From an uncultured Alphaproteobacteria bacterium (GTDB lineage: Bacteria; Pseudomonadota; Alphaproteobacteria; Rhizobiales; Xanthobacteraceae): a DNA stretch of 64,000 nt. A program made the position numbers and the translations under genes. The stretch is taken from NCBI GenBank assembly GCA_963813825.1, contig CAWFBB010000015.1:22702-86701 (forward strand), written 5' to 3'. Shown one piece after another: positions 25,923 through 37,378 of the stretch. Numbering within the stretch: the first letter of the stretch is position 1; each line of letters begins with the position of its first letter. The notes beneath the pieces are model-generated. The model did no database searches. It was not told the DNA's origin and saw only the letters and a list, made by a program, of their open reading frames with translations.

Positions 25923-27200
25923 TCACGCACTCGCGCCGCCGGCATCGCTCGCGCGATCGGAACGGTCGGCATAGATGTAAAGCGGCCGGGCGCTGCCCTC
26001 GACGACTTCGCGCGAGATCACCACTTCCTCCACGCCTTCGAGGCTCGGCAGGTCGAACATGGTGTCGAGCAGGATAGTCTCCATAATCGACCTCAACCCG
26101 CGTGCGCCGGTCTTGCGGTCGATAGCCTTGCGGGCGATCGCTGAAAGCGCTTCGTCGGCCAGCGTAAGATCCACCGTCTCCATCTCGAACATGCGCTGAT
26201 ACTGTTTGACCAGCGCGTTCTTCGGCTCGGTGAGGATGCGCTTGAGTGAAGGCTCGTCGAGATCCTCCAACGTCGCCACGACCGGGAGCCGGCCGACGAA
26301 CTCAGGAATGAGGCCGTACTTCAACAAATCCTCGGGCTCGACCTCACGAAAAATCTCGCCCTGCTTGCGATCCTCCGGCGCCGAGACCTTGGCGCCGAAC
26401 CCGATCGACGTGGAGCGACCGCGTGCTGAGATGATCTTTTCCAGACCCGAGAAGGCGCCGCCGCAGACGAACAGGATATTTGTGGTGTCGACCTGCAGGA
26501 ATTCCTGCTGCGGATGCTTGCGACCGCCCTGCGGCGGGACGCTGGCAATGGTTCCCTCCATGATCTTCAGCAGCGCCTGCTGCACGCCCTCGCCCGACAC
26601 GTCGCGCGTGATCGAGGGGTTGTCTGACTTGCGCGATATCTTGTCGATTTCGTCGATATAGACGATGCCACGCTGCGCCCGCTCGACGTTGTAGTCGGCC
26701 GATTGCAGGAGCTTCAGGATAATGTTCTCGACGTCCTCGCCGACATAGCCGGCTTCGGTGAGCGTCGTCGCATCCGCCATCGTGAACGGCACATCGAGGA
26801 TGCGCGCCAGCGTCTGGGCGAGCAGCGTCTTGCCCGAGCCGGTTGGCCCGATCAAAAGGATATTCGACTTAGCCAGCTCGACGTCGCTGTGCTTGCTCTG
26901 ATGATTGAGCCGCTTGTAGTGATTGTGGACCGCGACCGAGAGCACCTTCTTGGCGTGATCCTGGCCGATAACGTAGTCGTCCAGCACCTTGCGGATTTCG
27001 CGCGGGGTCGGAATACCGTCGCGCGACTTCACCAGCGAGGATTTGTTCTCCTCCCGGATGATGTCCATGCACAGTTCAACGCATTCGTCGCAAATGAAAA
27101 CGGTCGGCCCGGCGATGAGCTTACGCACCTCGTGCTGGCTCTTTCCGCAGAAAGAGCAATACAGCGTATTCTTGGAGTCGCCGCCGCCAACCTTGCTCAT
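25923..27200 (-). CDS. clpX: ATP-dependent Clp protease ATP-binding subunit ClpX
   Basis: N-terminal zinc finger [26 protein letters not shown] and Walker A GPTGSGKT. Confidence 0.98.
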   Translation of the reverse strand: MSKVGGGDSKNTLYCSFCGKSQHEVRKLIAGPTVFICDECVELCMDIIREENKSSLVKSRDGIPTPREIRKVLDDYVIGQDHAKKVLSVAVHNHYKRLNHQSKHSDVELAKSNILLIGPTGSGKTLLAQTLARILDVPFTMADATTLTEAGYVGEDVENIILKLLQSADYNVERAQRGIVYIDEIDKISRKSDNPSITRDVSGEGVQQALLKIMEGTIASVPPQGGRKHPQQEFLQVDTTNILFVCGGAFSGLEKIISARGRSTSIGFGAKVSAPEDRKQGEIFREVEPEDLLKYGLIPEFVGRLPVVATLEDLDEPSLKRILTEPKNALVKQYQRMFEMETVDLTLADEALSAIARKAIDRKTGARGLRSIMETILLDTMFDLPSLEGVEEVVISREVVEGSARPLYIYADRSDRASDAGGASA

Positions 27201-27491
27201 TCCAGTCTCCGTCTTGCCTGCGAGGGCGCGACCTCACACCCTAAGTCTCGCCGCGCTAAAAAACCGTAGCGTGGACCCTTTCTGCGTCAGGCTGGTACGC
27301 AACAGTCACTACACCCTACGACGCAGCACAAGGTGCCATGCTAGCGGCGTGCCAACCAAGAATCCATTAACGATAACGCGAGTTTGGGCCAGTGTGTTTT
27401 CCGTATCACACTGCCACGAATGCCGTTTGACGTGCCCGAGGAACCGTTTAGGGCGGCCGAATCAGCCCATTTGATGGCGCCTAGCAATTTG

Positions 27492-28148
27492 CTAGCTCAC
27501 CCCTTTAAGGATTGGTTCGGATTTCAGGCTCGGTTCCTCCGGCCGTTTCTCGATCACCTTGTCGATCAGGCCGAAGTCCTTCGCCATCTCCGACGTCAGG
27601 AACATATCGCGTTCAAGGGCATCTTCGATCTTCTTGAGCGGCTGCCCGGTATGGCGGACATAAATTTCATTGAGCCGGCGCTTGAGGTTCAGGATTTCCT
27701 GGGCGTGGAGCATGATGTCGGTCGCTTGGCCCTGGAACCCGCCCGAGGGCTGGTGCACCATGATGCGCGCGTTCGGCAGCGCGAAGCGCATGTCCTTGGC
27801 GCCCGCCGCGAGCAGTAGCGAGCCCATGGAGGCTGCCTGCCCGGTGCAAAGGGTCGAAACCTGCGGCCGGATGAACTGCATCGTGTCGTAGATCGCCAGG
27901 CCCGAGGTGACGATGCCGCCCGGCGAATTGATGTAAATGGAGACCTCTTTCTTCGGATTGTCTGCCTCAAGGAACAGGAGTTGGGCGACGACGAGGGAGG
28001 CCATGCCATCCTCGATCGGGCCGGTGATGAAGATAATCCGCTCCTTCAGAAGCCGCGAATAGATGTCGTAGGCCCGCTCCCCGCGGTTGGTCTGCTCAAC
28101 CACCATGGGAACGAGGTACTGCATGTAAGTTTCTTTCGGGTCGCGCAT
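27492..28148 (-). CDS. clpP: ATP-dependent Clp protease proteolytic subunit ClpP
   Basis: Start at [20 protein letters not shown]. Catalytic-region motifs [11 protein letters not shown] and MVHQPSGG. Confidence 0.97.
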   Translation of the reverse strand: MRDPKETYMQYLVPMVVEQTNRGERAYDIYSRLLKERIIFITGPIEDGMASLVVAQLLFLEADNPKKEVSIYINSPGGIVTSGLAIYDTMQFIRPQVSTLCTGQAASMGSLLLAAGAKDMRFALPNARIMVHQPSGGFQGQATDIMLHAQEILNLKRRLNEIYVRHTGQPLKKIEDALERDMFLTSEMAKDFGLIDKVIEKRPEEPSLKSEPILKGVS

Positions 28149-28321
28149 TAGGTCACCTGCCAAAGGGGCTCCGCATAATGGGCCCGACGAATTCCTCAAT
28201 GTGACTGAGTCGGGCTCGGTTTGTCGAAGCCCGGATGCATTTCCGATCCGAACCGCCTCGCATCGGCAATTCAGCTATCCTAGATATGCGCGCAAAACCT
28301 TCCGACAAGGCGCGAGTAGCG

Positions 28322-29656
28322 TCACTCCTCGTCGTCCTTGAACAGCTCTTCCCGCGATACCTGCTTGTCGGTGATCTCCGCAAGCTCGAGCAGGAAGTCG
28401 ACGACCTTCTCCTCGAAGATTGGTGCCCGGATCGACGCAAGCGCATTAGGATTGTTACGGTAATACTCCCACACCTGCTGTTCCTGGCCCGGAAGCTGCC
28501 TAGCGCGCTCCACCACAGCCGCAGTGATTTGTTCGTCGGTGACCTTGATATTGTTCTTCTCGCCGATCTCCGCAATGACGAGGCCGAGCCGCACCCGCCG
28601 CTCGGCGATTGCGCGGTACTCAGCGCGCGCCCTTTCCTCGGTCGTGCCCTCGTCGGCGAAGGTGCGGTTTTGCGCCTTGAGATCGCCCTCAATCGAGCTC
28701 CAGACGCCGTTGAACTCCTGCTCGACCAGGGTCGGAGGCGGCTCGAATTTGTGGCGTTCGTCAAGCTGATCGAGCAGCACCCGCTTGAGCTTTTGCCGCG
28801 AAGCCGCGGCGTGCTCGCGCTGCAGGCGATCCTTGACGCCATCGCGCAGCTTGGCAAGCGATTCCAATCCAAGCGTCTTGGCGAAGTCGTCATCTAGCGT
28901 GACTACGCCAGGCACCTCGACTGCGCTTGCGGTGACGTTGAATGTCGCGTCCTTGCCGGCCAGAGCGGGCGACGTATAGGCGTCGGGAAATTTGACGTCG
29001 AAGGTACGGCTTTCGCCGGCCTTCATGCCGATAATTTTATCCTCAAAACCCGGGATGAATTGCGCCGAGCCGATGACGATCGGCACGCCCTCGCCGGAGC
29101 CGCCCTCGAACGGCTTGCCGTCGAGCATGCCCTGGAACGAAATCGTGACCTTGTCGCCTTTCTCGGCGCCCTCGACCTTGCCGATAAACGGGCGGTTCTG
29201 CTCGGCAATCTTTCCCAGCGCTTCATCCACTTCGGCATCAGTCACGTCGGCAGTGAGCCGCTGCAATTTGATAGCCTTGAAATCGGTCAGTTCGATCGAC
29301 GGGACGATCTCGATCTCGACTTTGTAGGCGAGATCCGCCGTGCCCTCGATGACGCCCTCGACCGCGCCTTCCTCCGGCACCACTTTCGGCTCGGTGGCGA
29401 GCTTGTAGCCATTGTCAGTGACGATTTTGCTGTTGGCCTCCCGCACGGCGGCTTCGATGACTTCCGCCATGGCTGCCTTGCCATACAGACGCTTGAGGTG
29501 CGCAACCGGAACCTTACCCGGACGAAAGCCGCGGAGCTGCACCCGGCCTTTAAGATCGTCGATTTTCTCATCCACTTTCGCGGCGAGATCGCTTGCGGGA
29601 ACGACAACGCGATATTCGCGCTTGAGGCCGTCGGCAGAAGTTTCAGTCACTTGCAT
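28322..29656 (-). CDS. tig: Trigger factor
   Basis: Start at MQVTETSADGLKREYRVVV. GFRPGKVP motif and a central PPIase region. Confidence 0.97.
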   Translation of the reverse strand: MQVTETSADGLKREYRVVVPASDLAAKVDEKIDDLKGRVQLRGFRPGKVPVAHLKRLYGKAAMAEVIEAAVREANSKIVTDNGYKLATEPKVVPEEGAVEGVIEGTADLAYKVEIEIVPSIELTDFKAIKLQRLTADVTDAEVDEALGKIAEQNRPFIGKVEGAEKGDKVTISFQGMLDGKPFEGGSGEGVPIVIGSAQFIPGFEDKIIGMKAGESRTFDVKFPDAYTSPALAGKDATFNVTASAVEVPGVVTLDDDFAKTLGLESLAKLRDGVKDRLQREHAAASRQKLKRVLLDQLDERHKFEPPPTLVEQEFNGVWSSIEGDLKAQNRTFADEGTTEERARAEYRAIAERRVRLGLVIAEIGEKNNIKVTDEQITAAVVERARQLPGQEQQVWEYYRNNPNALASIRAPIFEEKVVDFLLELAEITDKQVSREELFKDDEE

Positions 29657-29734
29657 CGGCGTTACTCTCACGGCCCAAGCGGATGGCTCGACGTCGAGCG
29701 TGATCCAGGCCGGGTTTGGGAAAATCCGCCCGGG

Positions 29735-29819
29735 TGGTGCGGGCGGAGGGGCTCGAACCCCCACGACTTTCGTCACGGGAACCTAAATCCCGCGCGTCTA
29801 CCAATTCCGCCACGCCCGC
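29735..29819 (-). tRNA. tRNA-Leu (anticodon UAG)
   Basis: The reverse complement gcgggcgtggcggaattggtagacgcgcgggatttaggttcccgtgacgaaagtcgtgggggttcgagcccctccgcccgcacca has a 7-bp acceptor stem, a long variable arm, a GGTTCGAGCC T-arm and an encoded CCA. Confidence 0.95.
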
Positions 29820-29872
29820 GACACGCAGGGCGCCCGACGGCGCGGCTTATATCATGTGGCGCCGACGCGGCA

Positions 29873-31357
29873 CTAACAAAATAGCCCCCGGTAAAGCCCA
29901 GGCAATTGCTCGGGCAAATCCTCGGCGATAAGGCCCGGGCCGAATGCCGTGGCGGCCTCACCATGGAGCCAAACCGAAGCGGTGGCAGCCTCGAAGGCCG
30001 GCATGCCTTGCGCCAAGAGGCCAGTGGCGATCCCCGTCAGCACGTCTCCTGCCCCTGCGGTGGCCAGGAACGGCGGTGCATTGGCATTGATGGCGGCGCG
30101 GCCGTCGGGGCTGGCAATAACGGTGTCGGCACCCTTGAGCACGATGACCGCGCCGCAAAGCTGCGCCGCCAAACGGGCGCGTTCTAGTTTTGATCCTACT
30201 TTAGTATTTCCGTCTAAGGCTCCGAAATAACGTGAAAATTCTCCTTCGTGCGGAGTCAGAATAGTGCTTTGCGCTGACCGGGCCCGCAGCGCATCGTCAA
30301 GTTGTTTGGGATTGCCCGAAAAACTCGTCATCGCGTCGGCGTCGAGGACTACGGCGCGCTCGCCCGAAAGGCTCGCAAGGACAAGTTTGCAGGTTGTCTC
30401 GCCGACACCAATGCCGGGGCCGATCGCGAGCGCATTGATCCGCCGGTCGGCAAGAAATGTGGTCAGTTCCGCAGCGCCATCGACCGGCCGGACCATGACC
30501 GCGAGACTTGCCGCTGCATTGACCGGGAGCGCCTCGCGCGGACTGGCAATCGTCACGAGCCCTGCCCCGGCCCGCAACGCACCGCGCGCGGCAAGCCGCG
30601 CGGCCCCGGTCGACCACGATGGCCCCGAGACCACCACGGCATGCCCTCGGTCGTATTTGTGGCCAGCGCTTGCCGGTGCCGGAAAATACTGGCGCCACAA
30701 CGCCGGCGTGTTCTCAAAAGTCTTGGGCGCGATGACTACCAACACCGAGGCGGGAATGCCGATGTCGGCAACGGCCGTCGCACCGCAATGGAGCCGGCCA
30801 GGCAGCAGTAAGTGCCCGGGTTTCTTGCGAAAGAATGTCACGGTCTGCGCCGCCTTCACGGCGACGCCCATAACCGCGCCGGAGGTGCCATTGATGCCGC
30901 TCGGCAGGTCCACGGCGATAACTGGTTTAGAGAGCGTATTGATGGTCTCGATTAGCGCGTGCGCTGCGCCCTCGACTGGCCGATCAAGGCCGGCGCCGAA
31001 TAACGCGTCGATTATGACGTCGGCAGTAGCGAGAAAACCGGGATCATCGGTAATGCCACCGGGCCACTTTTTTGCCGCAAGCGCGGCATCGCCCTTGAGC
31101 CGCGAAGGCTCGCCAACAAGCAGTACGGTAACCCGACAACCTTGCTCAGCCAAAAGCCGTGCCGCAACGAAACCGTCGCCGCCGTTGTTGCCCGGTCCGG
31201 CGACGACAGTGACCCGGTTGGCGGTCGGATAGGCGGCCATGAGGGTCTCGGCCACCGCCCGGCCGGCCCGTTCCATTAAATCGATCCCGGCGGTACCGCC
31301 GGAAATTGCACGGCGGTCGGCTTGGGCCATTTCAGCCGTCGTCAAAAGCTCATTCAT
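29873..31357 (-). CDS. nnr: Bifunctional NAD(P)H-hydrate repair enzyme (epimerase / ADP-dependent dehydratase, YjeF family)
   Basis: 494 aa. N-terminal YjeF_N (GPGNNGGDG) and C-terminal carbohydrate-kinase-like domain (GAGDVLTG). Confidence 0.9.
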   Translation of the reverse strand: MNELLTTAEMAQADRRAISGGTAGIDLMERAGRAVAETLMAAYPTANRVTVVAGPGNNGGDGFVAARLLAEQGCRVTVLLVGEPSRLKGDAALAAKKWPGGITDDPGFLATADVIIDALFGAGLDRPVEGAAHALIETINTLSKPVIAVDLPSGINGTSGAVMGVAVKAAQTVTFFRKKPGHLLLPGRLHCGATAVADIGIPASVLVVIAPKTFENTPALWRQYFPAPASAGHKYDRGHAVVVSGPSWSTGAARLAARGALRAGAGLVTIASPREALPVNAAASLAVMVRPVDGAAELTTFLADRRINALAIGPGIGVGETTCKLVLASLSGERAVVLDADAMTSFSGNPKQLDDALRARSAQSTILTPHEGEFSRYFGALDGNTKVGSKLERARLAAQLCGAVIVLKGADTVIASPDGRAAINANAPPFLATAGAGDVLTGIATGLLAQGMPAFEAATASVWLHGEAATAFGPGLIAEDLPEQLPGLYRGLFC

Positions 31358-31556
31358 ACCGCAAGGAAGATAGCCAAAGCGGCAAGGTGCGAATATCCCT
31401 CGCGGCCTCCACAGTTCCGTGGGTGCGGTGCATTGACGACATAATAGGCAATCTGCTCATTTTATCATCGAAGGCCCGTCCAAGGGTTTCGCAGCACAAC
31501 CGGGAGCATCGCGCAGGCCCCTGATCCGACTGCAGTTTTTTAGCTCTCTAACGCCT

Positions 31557-31572
31557 TGGCACGGGACCTGCT
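31557..31572 (+). promoter_or_regulatory. Sigma54 (-24/-12) promoter upstream of glnB
   Basis: TGGCACgggacCTGCT has GG/GC spacing identical to the consensus TGGCAC-N5-TTGCW. It lies about 60 nt upstream of the glnB ATG. Confidence 0.7.
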
Positions 31573-31574
31573 AA

Positions 31575-31970
<396 letters not shown>

Positions 31971-32076
31971 ATTGTTGGTCAGGCTGCTTCCGGCGACGCG
32001 CCGTAGACCGCGGCCATAGCGACAATTCATCCACTAGCACTACCACGCACTAGCACCACGAAAGGGTATGCACTCC

Positions 32077-33486
32077 ATGACGACGCCAAAGAATGTCATG
32101 AAAACGATCAAGGACAGCGACGTGAAATACGTCGACTTCCGCTTCACCGATCCGCGCGGCAAGTGGCAACATGTGACCTTTGACGTCAGCATGATCGAAG
32201 AGGACACCTTTGCCGAAGGAATGATGTTCGACGGCTCGTCGATCGCGGGCTGGAAGGCGATCAATGAATCCGACATGTGCCTGATGCCGGATCCGTCGAC
32301 TGCCTGCATAGATCCATTTTTTGCCGAAACCACGATGTCGCTGATTTGCGACATTCTCGAGCCGACCACTGGCGAACCCTACAACCGCGACCCGCGCGGT
32401 ATCGCCAAGAAGGCCGAGGCCATGGTCAAGTCGATGGGCGTCGGCGACACGATATTCTTTGGACCCGAAGCCGAGTTCTTCGTGTTCGACGACGTGAAGT
32501 ACAAGGTAGACCCTTACAACACCGGCTTTAAGCTCAACTCGGTCGAACTGCCTTCCAATTCGGACACCGACTACGAAGGCGGCAATCTCGGCCATCGCGT
32601 CGGCACCAAAAAAGGCTACTTCCCGGTGCCGCCGCAAGATTCAGCGCAGGACATGCGCTCGGAAATGCTTGCTGCCATGGCGCGCATGGGCTGTGTCGTC
32701 GAGAAGCATCATCACGAAGTGGCTTCCGCGCAACACGAACTCGGCCTAAAATTCTCGCCGCTCACGGTGATGGCCGATCGGCTAATCATCTACAAGTACT
32801 GCATCCAGCAGGTCGCGCAAGTCTACGGCAAGACCGCAACGTTCATGCCGAAGCCGGTCTATGGCGATAACGGCTCGGGCATGCATTGCCACCAGTCAAT
32901 CTGGAAGAGCGGCAAGCCGGTGTTTGCCGGCAACAAGTACGCCGATCTGTCGGACACCTGCCTGTCCTACATCGCCGGCATCATCAAGCACGCCAAGGCG
33001 ATCAACGCGTTCACCAACCCCACGACGAACTCGTATAAGCGGCTGGTGCCGGGCTTCGAGGCGCCGGTGTTGCTCGCCTATTCGGCGCGCAACCGCTCGG
33101 CTTCATGCCGCATTCCCTATACGACCAACCCCAAGGCCAAGCGTGTCGAGGTGCGTTTCCCCGATCCGCTCGCCAATCCGTATCTTGCATTCTCGGCGAT
33201 GTTGATGGCCGGGCTCGACGGCATCAAGAACAAGCTCCATCCGGGCGAAGCCATCGACAAGGACCTTTACGATCTGCCGCCAAAGGAGCTGAAGAAAATC
33301 CCGACCGTCTGCGGCTCACTCCGGCAGGCGCTGGAGGAGCTCAACAAGGATCGCGGCTTCCTCACCACCGGCGGCGTGTTCGACGACGACTTCATCGATT
33401 CCTATATCGACCTGAAGATGAGCGAAGTCATCCGCTTCGAGCACACCCCGCATCCGGTCGAGTTCGAAATGTATTACTCGTCGTAA
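32077..33486 (+). CDS. glnA: Glutamine synthetase type I
   Basis: 469 aa from [27 protein letters not shown]-terminus and an adenylylation-site region NLYDLP-like (DLYDLPPKE). Confidence 0.97.
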   Translation: MTTPKNVMKTIKDSDVKYVDFRFTDPRGKWQHVTFDVSMIEEDTFAEGMMFDGSSIAGWKAINESDMCLMPDPSTACIDPFFAETTMSLICDILEPTTGEPYNRDPRGIAKKAEAMVKSMGVGDTIFFGPEAEFFVFDDVKYKVDPYNTGFKLNSVELPSNSDTDYEGGNLGHRVGTKKGYFPVPPQDSAQDMRSEMLAAMARMGCVVEKHHHEVASAQHELGLKFSPLTVMADRLIIYKYCIQQVAQVYGKTATFMPKPVYGDNGSGMHCHQSIWKSGKPVFAGNKYADLSDTCLSYIAGIIKHAKAINAFTNPTTNSYKRLVPGFEAPVLLAYSARNRSASCRIPYTTNPKAKRVEVRFPDPLANPYLAFSAMLMAGLDGIKNKLHPGEAIDKDLYDLPPKELKKIPTVCGSLRQALEELNKDRGFLTTGGVFDDDFIDSYIDLKMSEVIRFEHTPHPVEFEMYYSS

Positions 33487-33534
33487 GCGTAAGCGTCGCA
33501 TCCTCCCAGCATTGCCTGCGCAATGCGAACTTAA

Positions 33535-33560
33535 GGGCGCCGTCACCGGCGCCCTTTTTT
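33535..33560 (+). terminator. Intrinsic terminator after glnA
   Basis: GGGCGCCG-TCAC-CGGCGCCC followed by TTTTTT. Confidence 0.8.
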
Positions 33561-33583
33561 CTTTCCGGACCGGCGATCCGGCG

Positions 33584-34921
33584 TCAGGGGTTGCACAAGG
33601 CGTCCTGCCTCACCGCCCGAAGCGATCCAAGCAGCGGCACCGCCAGATTTGGAACTGAAGCCGGAAATACCCGCTGCAATTCTTGATTGGACTCTTGGGC
33701 TCGATTGCAGTCTTGGGCTCGAATGCCGCGGGCCGCCGGCGCTCCGGCGACCGCTTCATCGGCGGCCTCGATGCGGTTACGGCCGCTGCTCTTGGCGCGA
33801 TAGAGCGCGGCATCGGCGCGGGCGATCAGCGTATCGATCTCTGCTGACGGCGATCCGCACGCGACGCCGATGCTCACCGTTGCCGTGGCGTGAGCGCCCG
33901 GCAATACGCTTGCCAACTCGAAGGCCCGCCGCACGCGTTCGGCGGCGATCCCTGCCTCAGCCAGGGTGCTTGGCAACAGCGCGATGAATTCCTCGCCGCC
34001 CAGCCGGCCGATGACGTCGCTGGCGCGCAAGGTCTTTTTCACGACCGATGCAAACAGATGGAGCGTTGCATCGCCGGTATGGTGTCCATGCGTGTCATTG
34101 ATCGTCTTGAAGTGATCGAGGTCGAACGCCAGGACACTGACAGGCTGCTTGGTCAGCCTGCGGCTACTCATCATCTCGGCGCAAGCCTCAAAGAAGCCGC
34201 GTCGATTGAGCAATTCCGTCAACGGATCGGTTGCGGCCGCCAATTTGTATTGCCGCACGGTGCGATCCTTCGCCAAGACGAGTACGATGAAAGCTGCGCC
34301 GACAACGTAAAGCACGACTTCTATCGCGTAGACTGCAACCCAACCGGTGCCGAGACTGAGAACGCCGCCGCCAGGCTGCGATAATCCTGCAAGCGCCACT
34401 GGAAACAGGAAAATCACGCCATGCAGCATTGGCACCAAAATCGCCGGCCATTGTCGGATCACCGATTTTCGGCGCTCGCGCCACAGCTCGGCGGCGATCA
34501 GGAACGTGTAGGTAGCGACGATCACGGAGCTGAGTACCAGCCGCGAACCCGGCGACCCCGCGAACGCCGGAACCGAGCTGGAGGCGAGCCAGACTACCGC
34601 GCCAAGGCACATCGAGCCCCACAGCACCTGACGGCCATGGAACAGGCGCGCCGCGCTCCAGATCATGCCGACCGCTATGAACAGCAGGACATCTGGAACG
34701 CTTGCCGGCAGCGGCGGCGAGATGGCGTCACCGAGACGCCATATCACGCCGGATATCGCGCCTATCAGATAAGCAGCACCCCACCAGGCGAGCGCGCTGA
34801 TGCGATCCTGCGCCCAAGCGAACAACAGAAACAGCCCAAGCAGCGAGGTGACACAGATGGCGATAACGAAAAGCGTTCCGATGTCGAGCGACAACGACGC
34901 CTCGGCAAGACGCGCGAACAT
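33584..34921 (-). CDS. Membrane-bound diguanylate cyclase (GGDEF domain, GGEEF active site)
   Basis: 445 aa. About 6 N-terminal TM helices, then DPLTELLNRRGF...RLGGEEFIALLP. Confidence 0.88.
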   Translation of the reverse strand: MFARLAEASLSLDIGTLFVIAICVTSLLGLFLLFAWAQDRISALAWWGAAYLIGAISGVIWRLGDAISPPLPASVPDVLLFIAVGMIWSAARLFHGRQVLWGSMCLGAVVWLASSSVPAFAGSPGSRLVLSSVIVATYTFLIAAELWRERRKSVIRQWPAILVPMLHGVIFLFPVALAGLSQPGGGVLSLGTGWVAVYAIEVVLYVVGAAFIVLVLAKDRTVRQYKLAAATDPLTELLNRRGFFEACAEMMSSRRLTKQPVSVLAFDLDHFKTINDTHGHHTGDATLHLFASVVKKTLRASDVIGRLGGEEFIALLPSTLAEAGIAAERVRRAFELASVLPGAHATATVSIGVACGSPSAEIDTLIARADAALYRAKSSGRNRIEAADEAVAGAPAARGIRAQDCNRAQESNQELQRVFPASVPNLAVPLLGSLRAVRQDALCNP

Positions 34922-35367
34922 TCAAGCCTCCTACCCTCAATCAGTAAAAGCGCGTAACAGCTTTTACGGATGCGCGCGCGGGCGTTTGCAATTCAGGCTT
35001 TGCCAAATGTTTGGTACATGCCGAAGGTTTACCGGAATTAATCGCCGAAAATTGCATCGGTCTAATATTCGAATATGAAAATCGCTAAAGGATGATGTTC
35101 AATATTAGGATTTGTGCCAGATGCCGCGCGCCGGAACTTGCCGCTGCCGGCCCTAGCGGCCGCAGATTAGGCCGCGGGCGTTTCGAACCGCATTAACGGT
35201 CGGCACGATTTCGCTGCACGATTGCCCGCCGGTAAACGATTGTTCTGCAATTTATTCGATCCTGAGGCGAAACCAGCGTTTTCCCGACGCAATCCCTGCC
35301 CCGCCCCTCGACACCTTCACGACAGGCCCGTCACAGCTTAAATTCAGGAGAAGCTAAGGAGTGCCCT

Positions 35368-36202
35368 ATGGCGCAAACAGCCGAACTTGACGTTGCCCCC
35401 GACACCATCGAGGCGACGCTAAATTACATCGTCGACGACGGTAGCAAGATTTTCACTATCGTCGGCAGTCCTGGCGGCAGTGATACGCGGTCCGGCGGCA
35501 CCGCCGATCCGCATCGCGTGACAATCCACAATGGCCGGCTGGCGGCTGAAGATTTTGCGCTGGAGCGGAACGGCTTCCGCTTCGTACGCCACGACACCAA
35601 AGTCGCCGATTTTTACGACGAGGCGGAAATCAGGCGTGTCTATTATCCGGAGATGGAAGCGCTGATCAAAGCCGAGAGCGGCGCCAAGCGCGTCGTGGTG
35701 TTCGATCACACGCTGCGCACCGCTGATGACGAATTGCGCGAGTTCGAAGCAAATCCGCGAGGTCGTGCGCCGCGTGCACAACGACTATACGGAATGGTCG
35801 GCACCGCAGCGCGTCCGCGACATCCTACCCGACGAGGCGGCGGACCTGTTGCAGCGCCGTTTTGCCGTCATCCAGGTATGGCGGCCGATCCGCCATCCGG
35901 TCGAAACTTTTCCGCTGGCGATGGCAGACGCGCGGACGCTATCGCCGGACGACATGATTGTCTCGGAGCGGCGCGCTGCCGGCCGTATCGGCCAGACCTA
36001 CGCGATCAAGTACAATCCGAAGCACGAATGGTACTGGTTTCCGCGCATGCGGCGTGAGGAAGCCTATGTCTTCAAGGTGTTCAATTCGATGAAAGATGGC
36101 CGCGCGCGCTGGACCGCGCATACCGCGTTCGAAGATCCGACCACGCCGCCACACGCAAGGCCGCGCGAGAGCATCGAAATTAGAACCTTGGCGTTTTTCT
36201 GA
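35368..36202 (+). pseudogene. CmcJ/NvfI-family oxidoreductase-like gene, frame-disrupted near 35745-35752
   Basis: Frame 1 (35368-) reads ...VVVFDHTLRTADDELREFE and then becomes Arg-rich nonsense. Frame 2 continues with KQIREVVRRVHNDYTEWSAPQRVRD... through to 36202. Confidence 0.62.
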
Positions 36203-36220
36203 GAACGGCGACATCCGCTC

Positions 36221-36290
36221 CTTCCCGCGCAAGCGGGAAGCCAGTCTGTCTTTAGCACTGGGTCCCCGCTCTCGCGGGGACGAGCGGGGC
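36221..36290. repeat. Pair of GC-rich REP-like hairpins (cttcccgcgcaagcgggaag; gtccccgctctcgcggggac)
   Basis: Two perfect short palindromes in the intergenic space downstream of rpsI. Confidence 0.5.
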
Positions 36291-36299
36291 TTGGCCGGA

Positions 36300-36779
36300 T
36301 TACCGCTTGGAGAACTGGAAGCTGCGGCGGGCCTTGGCCTTGCCGTACTTCTTGCGCTCGACAACGCGTAAGTCGCGGGTGACGAAGCCGCCGCGCTTGA
36401 GCACCGAGCGCAGTTCCGGCTCGTGCTTGATGAGCGCCTTGGACAGACCGTGGCGGACAGCGCCGGCCTGCCCGGAAAGGCCGCCGCCCGACACCGTGCA
36501 CACCACGTCGTATTGACCCTGGCGATTGGCCGCGACCAGCGGCTGCTGGATCAGCATGCGCAGCACCGGCCGGGCGAAATAGGTTTCAACCGTCCGGGTA
36601 TTGATGACGATCTTGCCAGCGCCGAGCTTGATCCAAACGCGCGCGACGGCGTCCTTGCGCTTGCCGGTGGCATAGGCGCGGCCCTGCTTGTCGAGCTTCT
36701 GCACATAGGTTGGAGTTTGCGGCGCCGCAGCGGGCTTCAACGTCGACAATTCGTCGAGCGACTGCATCGTCTCGGCCAT
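36300..36779 (-). CDS. rpsI: 30S ribosomal protein S9
   Basis: 159 aa from MAETMQS. C-terminus [17 protein letters not shown]...[19 protein letters not shown]. Confidence 0.97.
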   Translation of the reverse strand: MAETMQSLDELSTLKPAAAPQTPTYVQKLDKQGRAYATGKRKDAVARVWIKLGAGKIVINTRTVETYFARPVLRMLIQQPLVAANRQGQYDVVCTVSGGGLSGQAGAVRHGLSKALIKHEPELRSVLKRGGFVTRDLRVVERKKYGKAKARRSFQFSKR

Positions 36780-37243
36780 TACGCGCTCCTCTTGTTCTTG
36801 CGGTTCATGGCCGCGATGTCGATCGTTTCCGGCTGCTGCGCTTCGTGCGGATGCTCGGCGCTCGGATATACCCGAAGATTGCTGAGTTGCTGCCGGCCGA
36901 GCGGGCCGCGCGGCAACATGCGTTCGATCGCCTTCTCGACGATGCGCTCGGGAAAACGTCCGGCGAGAATCGATTTTGCCGTCCGCTCTTTGATGCCGCC
37001 GATATAGCCGGTATGCTTGTAGTAGATCTTCTGCTCGACCTTGCGGCCGGTCAGCACCGCCTTGGCGGCGTTGATGACGATGACGTTGTCGCCGCAATCG
37101 ACGTGAGGCGTGTAGGTCGGCTTATGCTTACCGCGCAGCCGCATGGCGACAAGCGAAGCGAGACGGCCGACGACGAGACCGTCGGCATCGATCATCACCC
37201 ACTTCTTGTCGACTTCGGCGGGCTTTGCCGAATACGTTTTCAT
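36779..37243 (-). CDS. rplM: 50S ribosomal protein L13
   Basis: [30 protein letters not shown]... The stop overlaps the rpsI start (TAATG). Confidence 0.97.
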   Translation of the reverse strand: MKTYSAKPAEVDKKWVMIDADGLVVGRLASLVAMRLRGKHKPTYTPHVDCGDNVIVINAAKAVLTGRKVEQKIYYKHTGYIGGIKERTAKSILAGRFPERIVEKAIERMLPRGPLGRQQLSNLRVYPSAEHPHEAQQPETIDIAAMNRKNKRSA

Positions 37244-37378
37244 GTCCGCTTCCATCTGGGAGGGGTCGCCGAAACGACGGCGTGTGCCGGCTTCTAGCCG
37301 GGTGCTCGGTTCACGGTCAAGCCCCTCTCCTAATCCGAAGCGTTCTCAGATACTTGTATTGGAGGTATTTTATTACCA

